Source: Telmatocola sphagniphila
GTDB taxonomy: Bacteria; Planctomycetota; Planctomycetia; Gemmatales; Gemmataceae
Assembly (NCBI RefSeq): GCF_018398935.1
Contig: NZ_CP074694.1
Coordinates: 510,001 to 542,000 of the forward strand
DNA: 32,000 nucleotides
Direction of reading: 5' to 3'
How positions within the stretch are numbered: the stretch's first letter is position 1; the number at the start of each line of letters is the position of its first letter. The translations under genes and the position numbers were made by a program. Of the stretch, positions 1-6,929 are shown one piece after another. Below the pieces are notes generated by a model. The model did no database searches, was not told where the DNA came from, and saw only the letters and a program-made list of their open reading frames with translations.

Positions 1-714
1 CATTCCGCGTTCGTGGCCGCCGCCGTCCATCTGAGCTTCCAGACGAACGCGAGGATCTTTCTTACGAACGTAGAGGGCACCGATGCCTTTAGGGCCATAA
101 ATTTTGTGAGCGGTCAGGCTCAGAAGGTCGATGCCCATGTCTTCCACATCGACGGGGATCTTGCCCACGGCCTGCACGGCGTCTGTGTGGAATAAAACGC
201 CTTTTTCCTTGCACAATTTCCCGATCGATTTGATCGGATGCAGAGTGCCGATTTCGTTGTTGGCCGCCATGACACTGACCAGAATCGTCTTGTCGGTCAT
301 CGCTTCGCGGATCTGATCGGCCGAAACTCGCCCGTAGCTGTCGACGTCGAGAACGGTGACCTGGAAACCTTCGCGTTCCAGCCGCTTGCAGGGATCCAGC
401 ACGGCTTTGTGCTCGGTGACAACCGTGATGATATGGTTGCCTTTTTTCTTGTACATTTGAGCAACACCCTTGATGGCCAGGTTGTTGCTTTCGGTGGCAC
501 CGCTGGTGAAGATGATTTCCTTGCCCGAGGCATTAATCAGATCGGCGATCTGATTGCGAGCTTCTTCAACGGCTTCTTCGGCTTCCCAACCGTAGGCGTG
601 GTTGCGGCTGGCCGCGTTGCCATATTTTTCGGTGAAAAAGGGCAGCATGACATCGACGACTCGGGGATCAACCCGAGTGGTCGAATTATTGTCCATGTAA
701 ATCGGCAATTTCAT
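1..714 (-). CDS. iscS: Cysteine desulfurase (IscS/NifS family), N-terminal 238 codons; the gene continues past the left window edge
   Basis: Absent from the ORF track because the window edge cuts it. My own reverse-strand translation from the ATG (712-714) reads [60 protein letters not shown]...[15 protein letters not shown]...[44 protein letters not shown]...GGGHERGM. These are IscS hallmark blocks, including the PLP-lysine motif HKIYGPKG. The gene lies 35 nt downstream of the Rrf2 regulator gene on the same strand. Confidence 0.92.
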   Translation of the reverse strand, partial: MKLPIYMDNNSTTRVDPRVVDVMLPFFTEKYGNAASRNHAYGWEAEEAVEEARNQIADLINASGKEIIFTSGATESNNLAIKGVAQMYKKKGNHIITVVTEHKAVLDPCKRLEREGFQVTVLDVDSYGRVSADQIREAMTDKTILVSVMAANNEIGTLHPIKSIGKLCKEKGVLFHTDAVQAVGKIPVDVEDMGIDLLSLTAHKIYGPKGIGALYVRKKDPRVRLEAQMDGGGHERGM

Positions 715-749
715 CTCGACACTTCCCCATTCAGACCGAGGAGGGCAAC

Positions 750-1232
750 CTACGATATACTTCCAGAATTCAGAGAATCTTTCACTGTCAGAACGGTCTG
801 CAGAGTTTGCATATTCATTCGAGGCTGTATTAAATCCGCCAAGGTCACCCGTTCTAAAACTTCCAGAAGCCGCCGGTGCAGATCCTGTATCGGCAACTTG
901 ATCGGACAGGTGCCGAGCATCGTACAGTCTTCGTGATTCTCTTCGTGTTCCAGCCCCGCACAGGAGGCCAGTTGGAACCCTTCTTCCAGATTCTGAAGGA
1001 TCTCTTTAATGGTGATGCTGCCGGCCGAGCGAGTCAGGACGTAACCGCCTTTGACGCCGCGATGGCTGGCAACGAATCCCCGTTGGCAGAGTTCTTTCAG
1101 GATATTCGCCACGAAAGGCCGGCTGAGATGGTACTCATCGGCGATTTCGCGAGCACTTGCACCAGTTCCATGGTTGTGCAAGTAGACTAGGATCAGGAGC
1201 GCGTAGTCGGTCTTTTTACTTAAAAGAGCCAT
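750..1232 (-). CDS. iscR: Rrf2-family transcriptional regulator (IscR-like), probably co-transcribed with iscS
   Basis: ORF 750..1244. I prefer the ATG at 1232 ([21 protein letters not shown]...) because GGAG lies 8 nt upstream and the TTG at 1244 adds only 4 residues. The protein has an N-terminal Rrf2 winged helix ([41 protein letters not shown]). Three spaced Cys ([20 protein letters not shown]) could ligate an Fe-S cluster. It sits directly upstream of iscS. Confidence 0.8.
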   Translation of the reverse strand: MALLSKKTDYALLILVYLHNHGTGASAREIADEYHLSRPFVANILKELCQRGFVASHRGVKGGYVLTRSAGSITIKEILQNLEEGFQLASCAGLEHEENHEDCTMLGTCPIKLPIQDLHRRLLEVLERVTLADLIQPRMNMQTLQTVLTVKDSLNSGSIS

Positions 1233-1334
1233 GGCGATCTCCAAATAGCACTAAATCTATTCTAAATGTATGCAGGGCTCGAACAGGAGTCCAGTACATT
1301 ACTGTTAAGCTATGAAAAACTGTTGAAGTAAATA

Positions 1335-1380
1335 CTAAAAAAAGAAGGGCGGTTGCAGTGGTGAGGTACTGCAACCGCCC
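1335..1380 (-). terminator. Rho-independent terminator downstream of the Gly-rich secreted protein gene
   Basis: A perfect 13-bp stem GGGCGGTTGCAGT (1347-1359) pairs with ACTGCAACCGCCC (1368-1380) around an 8-nt loop. On the minus-strand transcript it is followed by UUCUUUUUUUAG (1335-1346). Confidence 0.85.
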
Positions 1381-1424
1381 GAAAGCGAATTTGGCCAGAA
1401 AACGGAGAGATTACTGGTCAAAAA

Positions 1425-2246
1425 TTAGTCATCTTTTCGTCGTGGAGCGGGGTATTTCACTTCGAACGGTTCGCCGGTCATTTTCTTCCAGGCGGCCTTC
1501 TGTTCGGGGGTGAGAATGGCGTTCACTTTTTCGACGTATTCCTTGACGAGGGCATCGAGCTTCTTGCGGGTTTCGGGATCCATGCCGAAGCCACCGAAAC
1601 CGCCACCGCCCTTACCGAAGCCACCGCCGCCTTTTCCACCGTTTCCTCGGTTGCCGCCTTTGTTGCCACCGCCACCGCCGCTGCCGCCCATCATTTCGCG
1701 ACGATCTTTACCGAATTCTTCGGCGAGGCTGGTGATCTTGGTTTTCTGCTCATCGTTGATGGTCAGTTGTTTGGAGACGTCTTCCGAAACGAAAACGGTC
1801 GGTCCCATCATGCGGACTTGTTCCTGAAGGCCGATCTGTTTCAGGCGGGACTGCTGTTCGGTTTTCAGAACTTCGTTGATCTTCTTTTCAACGGGATCAT
1901 TGAGTTCCTTCATCATTTCGGCCATTTTTTTGGCCCGTTCTTCCTGGGGCAGCTCTTTGAGCTCGGCCATCTTGCCGAACATTTCTTTACGCTGTTCCTG
2001 GAGCTTGGGCATGAGTTCGTCCATGGCCGCTTTGAGCTTTTCTTTCTGTTCGTCGGTCACTTTCAGTTCGGCTTGAACGCTTTCGTTGTTGATCAAACCG
2101 ATGCCGCCACCGCCGCCGAACATTCCGCCGCCGAAGCCGCCGCCCTGTCGTCCCTGGCCTTTGCCCTGGAAATAGGACGCTTCCGATGTGGTGGCAAAAG
2201 CTGCCAAAACCGCCATCAGGAACGCGAAACCGAAAATTTTACGCAT
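1425..2246 (-). CDS. Secreted Gly-rich protein with repeated LTxxQ-type helices (Spy/CpxP-like periplasmic protein, function unproven)
   Basis: 273 aa with a signal peptide (MRKIFGFAFLMAVLAAFATTSEA). Two poly-Gly/FGG blocks (GGGFGGGMFGGGGGIG; GGSGGGGGNKGGNRGNGGKGGGGFGKGGGGFGGFG) alternate with K/E-rich helices carrying L(K/T)xx(E)Q(K/Q) motifs (LKVTDEQKEKL, LKTEQQSRL, LTINDEQKTKI, LTPEQKAAW). It has its own terminator. Confidence 0.6.
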   Translation of the reverse strand: MRKIFGFAFLMAVLAAFATTSEASYFQGKGQGRQGGGFGGGMFGGGGGIGLINNESVQAELKVTDEQKEKLKAAMDELMPKLQEQRKEMFGKMAELKELPQEERAKKMAEMMKELNDPVEKKINEVLKTEQQSRLKQIGLQEQVRMMGPTVFVSEDVSKQLTINDEQKTKITSLAEEFGKDRREMMGGSGGGGGNKGGNRGNGGKGGGGFGKGGGGFGGFGMDPETRKKLDALVKEYVEKVNAILTPEQKAAWKKMTGEPFEVKYPAPRRKDD

Positions 2247-2285
2247 TCGAGAGTCTCCTTGGTGTATACGTAATCCGACTGCTAA

Positions 2286-2327
2286 TAAAAGTACCCATCG
2301 GGGTCGCCGATGGGTTACTGTTTTTTT
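2286..2327 (-). terminator. Hairpin terminator downstream of LolA-like paralogue 1 (bidirectional shape)
   Basis: A 9-bp stem ACCCATCGG (2293-2301) pairs with CCGATGGGT (2307-2315) around a 5-nt loop. The minus-strand RNA continues ACUUUUAUUAG; the plus-strand version is followed by a T7 run (2321-2327). Confidence 0.55.
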
Positions 2328-2344
2328 GATTTCTCATAAATTGT

Positions 2345-3172
2345 TCATTGCTTTAAGCCGCCGGGGGAAGTGGGGTTCGTCGATTTTGAATTTCCTGAGA
2401 ATTCCCCATCCAAAGTCTTGTCTCCGATTAGTTTCCACCCCACTGGGACCACGAGTTTAAAGATCGTTTCGGAATCAGGATTATTGGTCATGTAGTCTGT
2501 GAAAACGTACTTAATCGATTCGTTAGCGCTATTGATGTATTCGATCTGACGCAAAAAAATATACGAACTTGGATAAAGCTTTTGATTGTTCACCAGGGTT
2601 AACCGAGCCACCTTGAATTCCTGTTTATCCGAATTCTTCTTGGGAACAATGTCGATGTATACATAGTGGGTATCTTCCAGAAGGTAATTCAAAGTGAATC
2701 TTTCTTTGAGCTCGGCTGCTTTCATTCCAAACAGAAGCGGAAGAGGAAAGTAAGTAATGATATCCTTTCCTGTTGGAGCAGAAAGCATTTTTACCTCTTT
2801 CGTTTTGAAGTCGAATAAATACAGATCTTTTCCTTTGATTAGAAATCGCCGATGAATTGGTTGGTTGGCATCAACTTCGGACAAATCGATAAATGCGAGA
2901 TTAGGTTTTTGAAAATATGCAGTCCCCTTCATTTCGGTTGAAGTTTTTCGGACCGGCTCGATTATCGTTTGAGTTACGGCCATCCCGAACGATTCGGTTT
3001 TCGTCATCCGAGCTTCCCAGTCTTTGAGAATTTGGTCGAGTCGGGCGGACTTCTGTTCTGGGGTTAGCTCGCTCGTGGCCGACCTCTTCTCGTACTCACC
3101 TACCGACTGCTGAGCGTTGGATATGTTGCAAAATAGCAGAAAAATGACTGTGAGATTTATTGTCTTGAGCAT
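2345..3172 (-). CDS. Secreted LolA-like / lipoprotein-carrier-fold protein, paralogue 1 (planctomycete-type uncharacterised domain)
   Basis: 275 aa with a signal peptide (MLKTINLTVIFLLFCNISNA). An N-terminal helix (LTPEQKSARLDQILKDWEARMTKTESF) is followed by a beta-rich region with a LolA-like G-T-A-x-F-Q-K-P-x-L pattern (GTAYFQKPNLAFIDL). AGGAG lies 6 nt upstream of the ATG. The fold assignment is from memory of the LolA/TIGR03009-type families and is not verified. Confidence 0.6.
   Translation of the reverse strand: MLKTINLTVIFLLFCNISNAQQSVGEYEKRSATSELTPEQKSARLDQILKDWEARMTKTESFGMAVTQTIIEPVRKTSTEMKGTAYFQKPNLAFIDLSEVDANQPIHRRFLIKGKDLYLFDFKTKEVKMLSAPTGKDIITYFPLPLLFGMKAAELKERFTLNYLLEDTHYVYIDIVPKKNSDKQEFKVARLTLVNNQKLYPSSYIFLRQIEYINSANESIKYVFTDYMTNNPDSETIFKLVVPVGWKLIGDKTLDGEFSGNSKSTNPTSPGGLKQ
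2987..3071. repeat. 85-nt near-identical tract shared with 3985..4069 (copy 1)
   Basis: Hand alignment gives 34 identical nt, then a 15-nt stretch with 5 mismatches, then 36 identical nt (80/85). Flanking coding sequence is strongly diverged. Confidence 0.9.
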
Positions 3173-3205
3173 GGGGAATCTCCTGGATTTTTTTACGTAT
3201 CGCAG

Positions 3206-3236
3206 ATCTTAACCCGGCAGAAGAACTGGTTACCCC
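3206..3236 (-). promoter_or_regulatory. Candidate promoter for paralogue 1: GGGGTAACCAGTT-N12-TAAGAT
   Basis: The minus-strand sequence is GGGGTAACCAGTT CTTCTGCCGGGT TAAGAT, 33 nt upstream of the ATG at 3172. The same 13-mer (12/13 identical), with identical N12 spacing to an A/T hexamer, recurs upstream of paralogue 2. Confidence 0.3.
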
Positions 3237-3336
3237 GCGAGGCGCGTGAAGGCGATTTCAGAAACGTATGCCTCCCGTTAGGTCAGAATTGCAGGAAGCG
3301 TTGCTTGGAATCCTGTGCATTAGGTGCCGAAAGTCG

Positions 3337-4170
3337 TCATTGCTGCTTTAAGCCTCCGGGTTGAACGGAGCCGGAAGGGCGCGATGCTCCTCGAAAAATA
3401 CCATCGTTTTGTTTTTCTTCCGGAAGTAATTTCCAGCCGTTGGGAACAATCAGTTTAAAGTAATTGGCGGGAATTTCCTTGTTGATTTTGTGCTCCAGCA
3501 GATCGTACTGGATCGTTTCGCCATTGTTGGCGATGTAATAGATCTGGCGTGGGAGCATAAAAGAATTGGGATACTTTTTCGAATTGATCACCAATGTTAA
3601 ACGGGCCACCTTGAATTCCTGCTTGTCCGAGTTCTTCTTGGGAACAATATCGATGTAGGCGTAATCCGTATCTTCCAGAAGATACTTCATGACGAAGCGT
3701 TCCTTGGCATCCTCCGCCTTCATGCCGGAGAGCAGGGAAAAAAACAGGTTGTCGCCAATGCCGTTTCCTTTGGGGAGAGCGAAGGTTTTGATCTGCTGGG
3801 TTTTAAAGTCGTACTGAAACAGATTCTTACCATCGGCGAGGAATCGTTCTCGTTTGCTCGCCTTCGGGCCCGATTCCTGCAGATCGAACAGGGCGAGACT
3901 CGGTTTTTGAATGTTGGCGGTGCCTTCCAAAACGACTTCGGTTTTGCGAACCGGTTCAGTTTCCTTGCGGATCACCTTCATGCTGAACGATTCGGTTTTC
4001 GTCATCCGAGCTTCCCAGGCCTGGAGAATCTGATCGAGTCGGGCGGACTTCTGTTCTGGGGTTAGCTCGATTTTAGCGGTTTTCTTCTCGTCCTGAGCCG
4101 GGGAAGTCTGGGCGCTGGCCATCGAGGCAAATATCAGCAATAAGGCGGCGATTCTCGTCATCCCGAGCAT
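3337..4170 (-). CDS. Secreted LolA-like protein, paralogue 2
   Basis: ORF 3337..4188. I prefer the ATG at 4170 (MLGMTRIAALLLIFASMASA) because the AGGAGAATCCCC-ATG context mirrors paralogue 1 (AGGAGATTCCCC-ATG). It shares blocks with paralogue 1: ELTPEQKSARLDQIL, ARMTKTESF, YIDIVPKKNSDKQEFKVARLTLV and the C-terminal PGGLKQ. Confidence 0.6.
   Translation of the reverse strand: MLGMTRIAALLLIFASMASAQTSPAQDEKKTAKIELTPEQKSARLDQILQAWEARMTKTESFSMKVIRKETEPVRKTEVVLEGTANIQKPSLALFDLQESGPKASKRERFLADGKNLFQYDFKTQQIKTFALPKGNGIGDNLFFSLLSGMKAEDAKERFVMKYLLEDTDYAYIDIVPKKNSDKQEFKVARLTLVINSKKYPNSFMLPRQIYYIANNGETIQYDLLEHKINKEIPANYFKLIVPNGWKLLPEEKQNDGIFRGASRPSGSVQPGGLKQQ
3985..4069. repeat. 85-nt near-identical tract shared with 2987..3071 (copy 2)
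   Basis: See copy 1. It encodes ELTPEQKSARLDQILxxWEARMTKTESF in both genes, with synonymous positions also conserved. Confidence 0.9.
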
Positions 4171-4296
4171 GGGGATTCTCCTGAACATCTAAGCTTACGG
4201 CCTGATTTGTACCAGTCCCGGCAAGTTGCGCGAAGGCCGGTTTGGTAACTTTTACCAGACCTCGGTGCAAGGAGCGCGCTTTGTGGAGCTGGGTAA

Positions 4297-4327
4297 AATT
4301 TGCAATCCGCGCGAAACTGGTTATCCC
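4297..4327 (-). promoter_or_regulatory. Candidate promoter for paralogue 2: GGGATAACCAGTT-N12-CAAATT
   Basis: The minus-strand sequence is GGGATAACCAGTT TCGCGCGGATTG CAAATT, about 126 nt upstream of the ATG at 4170. It has the same architecture as the element at 3206..3236. Confidence 0.25.
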
Positions 4328-4392
4328 ATTTACCTCTTTTATGCATATGATTGATAGACGGTTTCGATTTTAAGCGGAAATGAAGGACATCA

Positions 4393-5022
4393 ATGGAAGC
4401 GGCCCGCGTAGACATTCGTATTGTGGCTGGAGACTTGCGCGGCCGAAAAGTTACCGCGGTAGTTCACGACGGACTTCGTCCGACTCCTCAGATGGTGCGG
4501 GAGGCTCTGTTCAGCATTCTGGGAAATGCTGTTCCCGATCGGACTTTTTACGATGTATTCGCTGGAACGGGCGTGATCGGGATGGAGGCCATCAGTCGGG
4601 GGGCTTCCAAGGCAGTTTTTCTGGAAAAAGATGCGAAATTGCTGGATGCGATTCAAAAGTATCTGGCCAAATTTGGCATTTCAGATCGCACGCAGACGCT
4701 TCGTACCGACGTCTACCGGTATTGGGAACGCTGGATACCGGTGGAAAAAGAGCCGGTGAATGTCTTTTTCAGTCCTCCCTTTCCCGATTTGACGGAAAAA
4801 ATGGACGAATTTTCAGCTATGATTCGTCTAGTATGTGACAAGATCCCCGTGGCATCGGTAGTGATCATTCAGGCGGAAGACGGCTTTACTGAAGACAAGT
4901 TGCCGTTTTATGCCGAGTGGGACCGACGCAAGTACGGACGGAATCTCCTTTTATTTTGGGTCAAGGAAGACGCACCCGCGGAATCGGCAACAGCCGGTTC
5001 CGATGGAGCGGAATCTCAATGA
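4393..5022 (+). CDS. rsmD: 16S rRNA (guanine966-N2)-methyltransferase RsmD
   Basis: 209 aa. RIVAGDLRGRKV...GLRPTPQMVREALFSILG...DVFAGTGVIGMEAISRGA...VFFSPPF aligns block by block with E. coli RsmD (RIIGGQWRGRKL, GLRPTTDRVRETLFNWL, DCFAGSGALGLEALSR, VFVDPPF). Confidence 0.88.
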   Translation: MEAARVDIRIVAGDLRGRKVTAVVHDGLRPTPQMVREALFSILGNAVPDRTFYDVFAGTGVIGMEAISRGASKAVFLEKDAKLLDAIQKYLAKFGISDRTQTLRTDVYRYWERWIPVEKEPVNVFFSPPFPDLTEKMDEFSAMIRLVCDKIPVASVVIIQAEDGFTEDKLPFYAEWDRRKYGRNLLLFWVKEDAPAESATAGSDGAESQ

Positions 5023-5639
5023 ATTATCTGGCCCACGTTTTTTTGGCGGAAAACGAACCTCAATCTATTCTCGGAAACCTGATGGCGGATGTTCTCCGCC
5101 GACAGGACTTCGATCGCCTGCCCGTCGGGATTCAAATCGGCATTCGACAACATCGCCAAATCGATTCTTTCACCGATCGACATCCCGTAGTTCAACGCAG
5201 TATTCGCCGCCTCAAAGCCACTTGGGGCTGGTTTGGCGGCATTATCATCGATGTGTACTACGACCATTTGCTGACGGAAAACTGGGACCACTTTTCCGAG
5301 GAGTCGCTCCGGGAATTTTGCGATCGAATCAACGATATCCTGCGCGACCAATTGCCGAATCTGCCCGGCGAAGGAAAATTTCTGGCCCAGAAACTGATTG
5401 AGAACGATCGGCTTTATTCCTATACGTCGCTCGATAGTATCTCCTTTGCTTTGGCCAATATCTCAGAACGGGTAACGGAGCGGATGCCCAAGCACAAGGT
5501 ACACTTGCAGGATGCTTTGCCTGAACTGCAGGCCGCGCATAAGGAACTTTCCGCGGACTTTATGGAATTTTTCCCCACTCTGATATCGTTCAGCGATAGT
5601 TTGAAGAATCGCCAGCGTTCGGCCATTGCGCTTCCGTAA
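5019..5639 (+). CDS. acpH: Acyl carrier protein phosphodiesterase (AcpH family)
   Basis: The start is taken at ATG 5019 (MNYLAHVFLAENEPQSILGNLMADVL...), which overlaps the rsmD stop as ATGA (5019-5022). MNYLAH-L-A...GNL-AD, QHRQIDSFTD and DVYYDHLL match E. coli AcpH (MNFLAHLHLA...GNLLADF, MHRRIDVLTD, DVMWDHFL). The upstream extension to 4917 lies inside rsmD and is rejected. Confidence 0.82.
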   Translation: MNYLAHVFLAENEPQSILGNLMADVLRRQDFDRLPVGIQIGIRQHRQIDSFTDRHPVVQRSIRRLKATWGWFGGIIIDVYYDHLLTENWDHFSEESLREFCDRINDILRDQLPNLPGEGKFLAQKLIENDRLYSYTSLDSISFALANISERVTERMPKHKVHLQDALPELQAAHKELSADFMEFFPTLISFSDSLKNRQRSAIALP

Positions 5640-5676
5640 GCCGAACTCTTCGTCGTATTAGCCCTCCTTTGGGAAC

Positions 5677-6900
5677 ATGACCGAACGAGAATTTGCTATC
5701 GAAGTCGTCCAGAGGCTGCACGATGCGGGTTACGAATCGTACTGGGCGGGTGGCTGCGTCCGCGACCAGTTATTGGATCTGGAACCCGCGGACTACGATG
5801 TGGCCACCGCCGCCACGCCCGATCAGGTCAAAGCTTTATTTCGGCGAACGGTGGAAGTAGGCCTGAGCTTCGGCGTCGTCGAGGTGCTGGGGCCGCAGAA
5901 ACATAAAATCCAGGTCGCCACATTTCGCAATGACGGCAACTATTCCGATGGCCGTCGACCCGACAGCGTGTCTTTCTCCTCCGCGGAGGAAGATGCCGAT
6001 CGTCGGGATTTCACGATCAACGGTCTGTTTTTTGATCCCCTTCAAAATCGGGTCATCGATTTCGTCTCGGGCCAGAAGGATCTGGAAAATCGAATCCTCC
6101 GGGCGATTGGCAAACCCCGGGATCGCTTTCGCGAGGACAAGCTGCGAATGCTTCGCGCAGTTCGGCTAGCGGCTCGTTTCCAGTTGGAAATCGAACCGCA
6201 AACCGCAGAGGCCATTCGAGAAATGGCACCTCAGATAGATGTCGTCAGCCCTGAGAGAATAGCGGAAGAGTTCCGCAAGATGCTGGTGAATGCGCATCGG
6301 GCACGGGCTATGGATTTGTTGTTCGAACTTCATCTTGCTCTGCCGATTTTCCCAGAATTTTCCGATCCTCGTTTTCACAGAGAAGAAGTAACCGAGCAGT
6401 TGAAGCGGATGACTTTGTCGAGTTTCGAAGTCGCTTTTTCACTGCTCTTCGGCTTTCTACGGCCGGTCCCTTCCGAAAAGCCCAGCAGGAAAACTCCGAT
6501 TCACGATCTGTGCCGACGCTTGAAGCTGTCGAATGAAGAGCGCGAACGGATCGAGTGGCTCGTCAAGAATCAGGACGCATTTCGGAATCTCGCTTCTCAA
6601 CCTTTCAGCCGTTACCAACCACTTGTGATACACCCGGGGATTCAAGACCTCCTCGAACTGCACAAGCGGAATGGCCTGGAATCCGACGCTCAAGGGGCGG
6701 AAGCGATCCTGCGCGATTATCCGCCAGAGAAATTGAATCCGGTGCCCTTAATCACTGGGGAAGATCTTTTGGAACGGAATGTCCCGGCCGGCCCGAAGTT
6801 CAAGGAAATTTTGCAGACGATTCGCAACCAGCAACTGGATAAGAAATTGAACGATCGAGAGGAAGCCCTCCGTTGTTTGGATAAGTTCATTACCCAATAA
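5677..6900 (+). CDS. cca: CCA-adding tRNA nucleotidyltransferase (poly(A) polymerase/CCA family)
   Basis: 407 aa. It has GGCVRDQLL, DYDVAT, the nucleotidyltransferase core ATFRNDGNYSDGRRPDSV and RRDFTINGLFFDP, which are classic class-II CCA enzyme motifs. Confidence 0.88.
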   Translation: MTEREFAIEVVQRLHDAGYESYWAGGCVRDQLLDLEPADYDVATAATPDQVKALFRRTVEVGLSFGVVEVLGPQKHKIQVATFRNDGNYSDGRRPDSVSFSSAEEDADRRDFTINGLFFDPLQNRVIDFVSGQKDLENRILRAIGKPRDRFREDKLRMLRAVRLAARFQLEIEPQTAEAIREMAPQIDVVSPERIAEEFRKMLVNAHRARAMDLLFELHLALPIFPEFSDPRFHREEVTEQLKRMTLSSFEVAFSLLFGFLRPVPSEKPSRKTPIHDLCRRLKLSNEERERIEWLVKNQDAFRNLASQPFSRYQPLVIHPGIQDLLELHKRNGLESDAQGAEAILRDYPPEKLNPVPLITGEDLLERNVPAGPKFKEILQTIRNQQLDKKLNDREEALRCLDKFITQ

Positions 6901-6929
6901 ATTGAATCCTCGCTTTAATCCCCAAAAAC

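Noticed and set aside
238-936. 232-aa plus-strand ORF (and 13..195, 131..316, 297..533) at the left edge
   Set aside because: These ORFs lie antisense to, or inside, the clearly recognisable iscS reading frame (minus strand, 1-714). They have no family motifs, and the 238..936 ORF would also run across the iscS-iscR intergenic region.
1243-1262. AATAG-N8-CTATT inverted repeat upstream of iscR, considered as an Rrf2/IscR operator
   Set aside because: The half-sites are only 5 bp, which is expected by chance in AT-rich DNA. It does not resemble the IscR type-1 or type-2 consensus I recall.
1510-1827. Pro-rich 105-aa plus-strand ORF (PKPPKPPPPLPKPPPP...)
   Set aside because: It is the complement of GGN glycine codons in the Gly-rich gene (GGC/GGT read as GCC/ACC/CCN on the other strand). 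It is a compositional mirror, not a gene.
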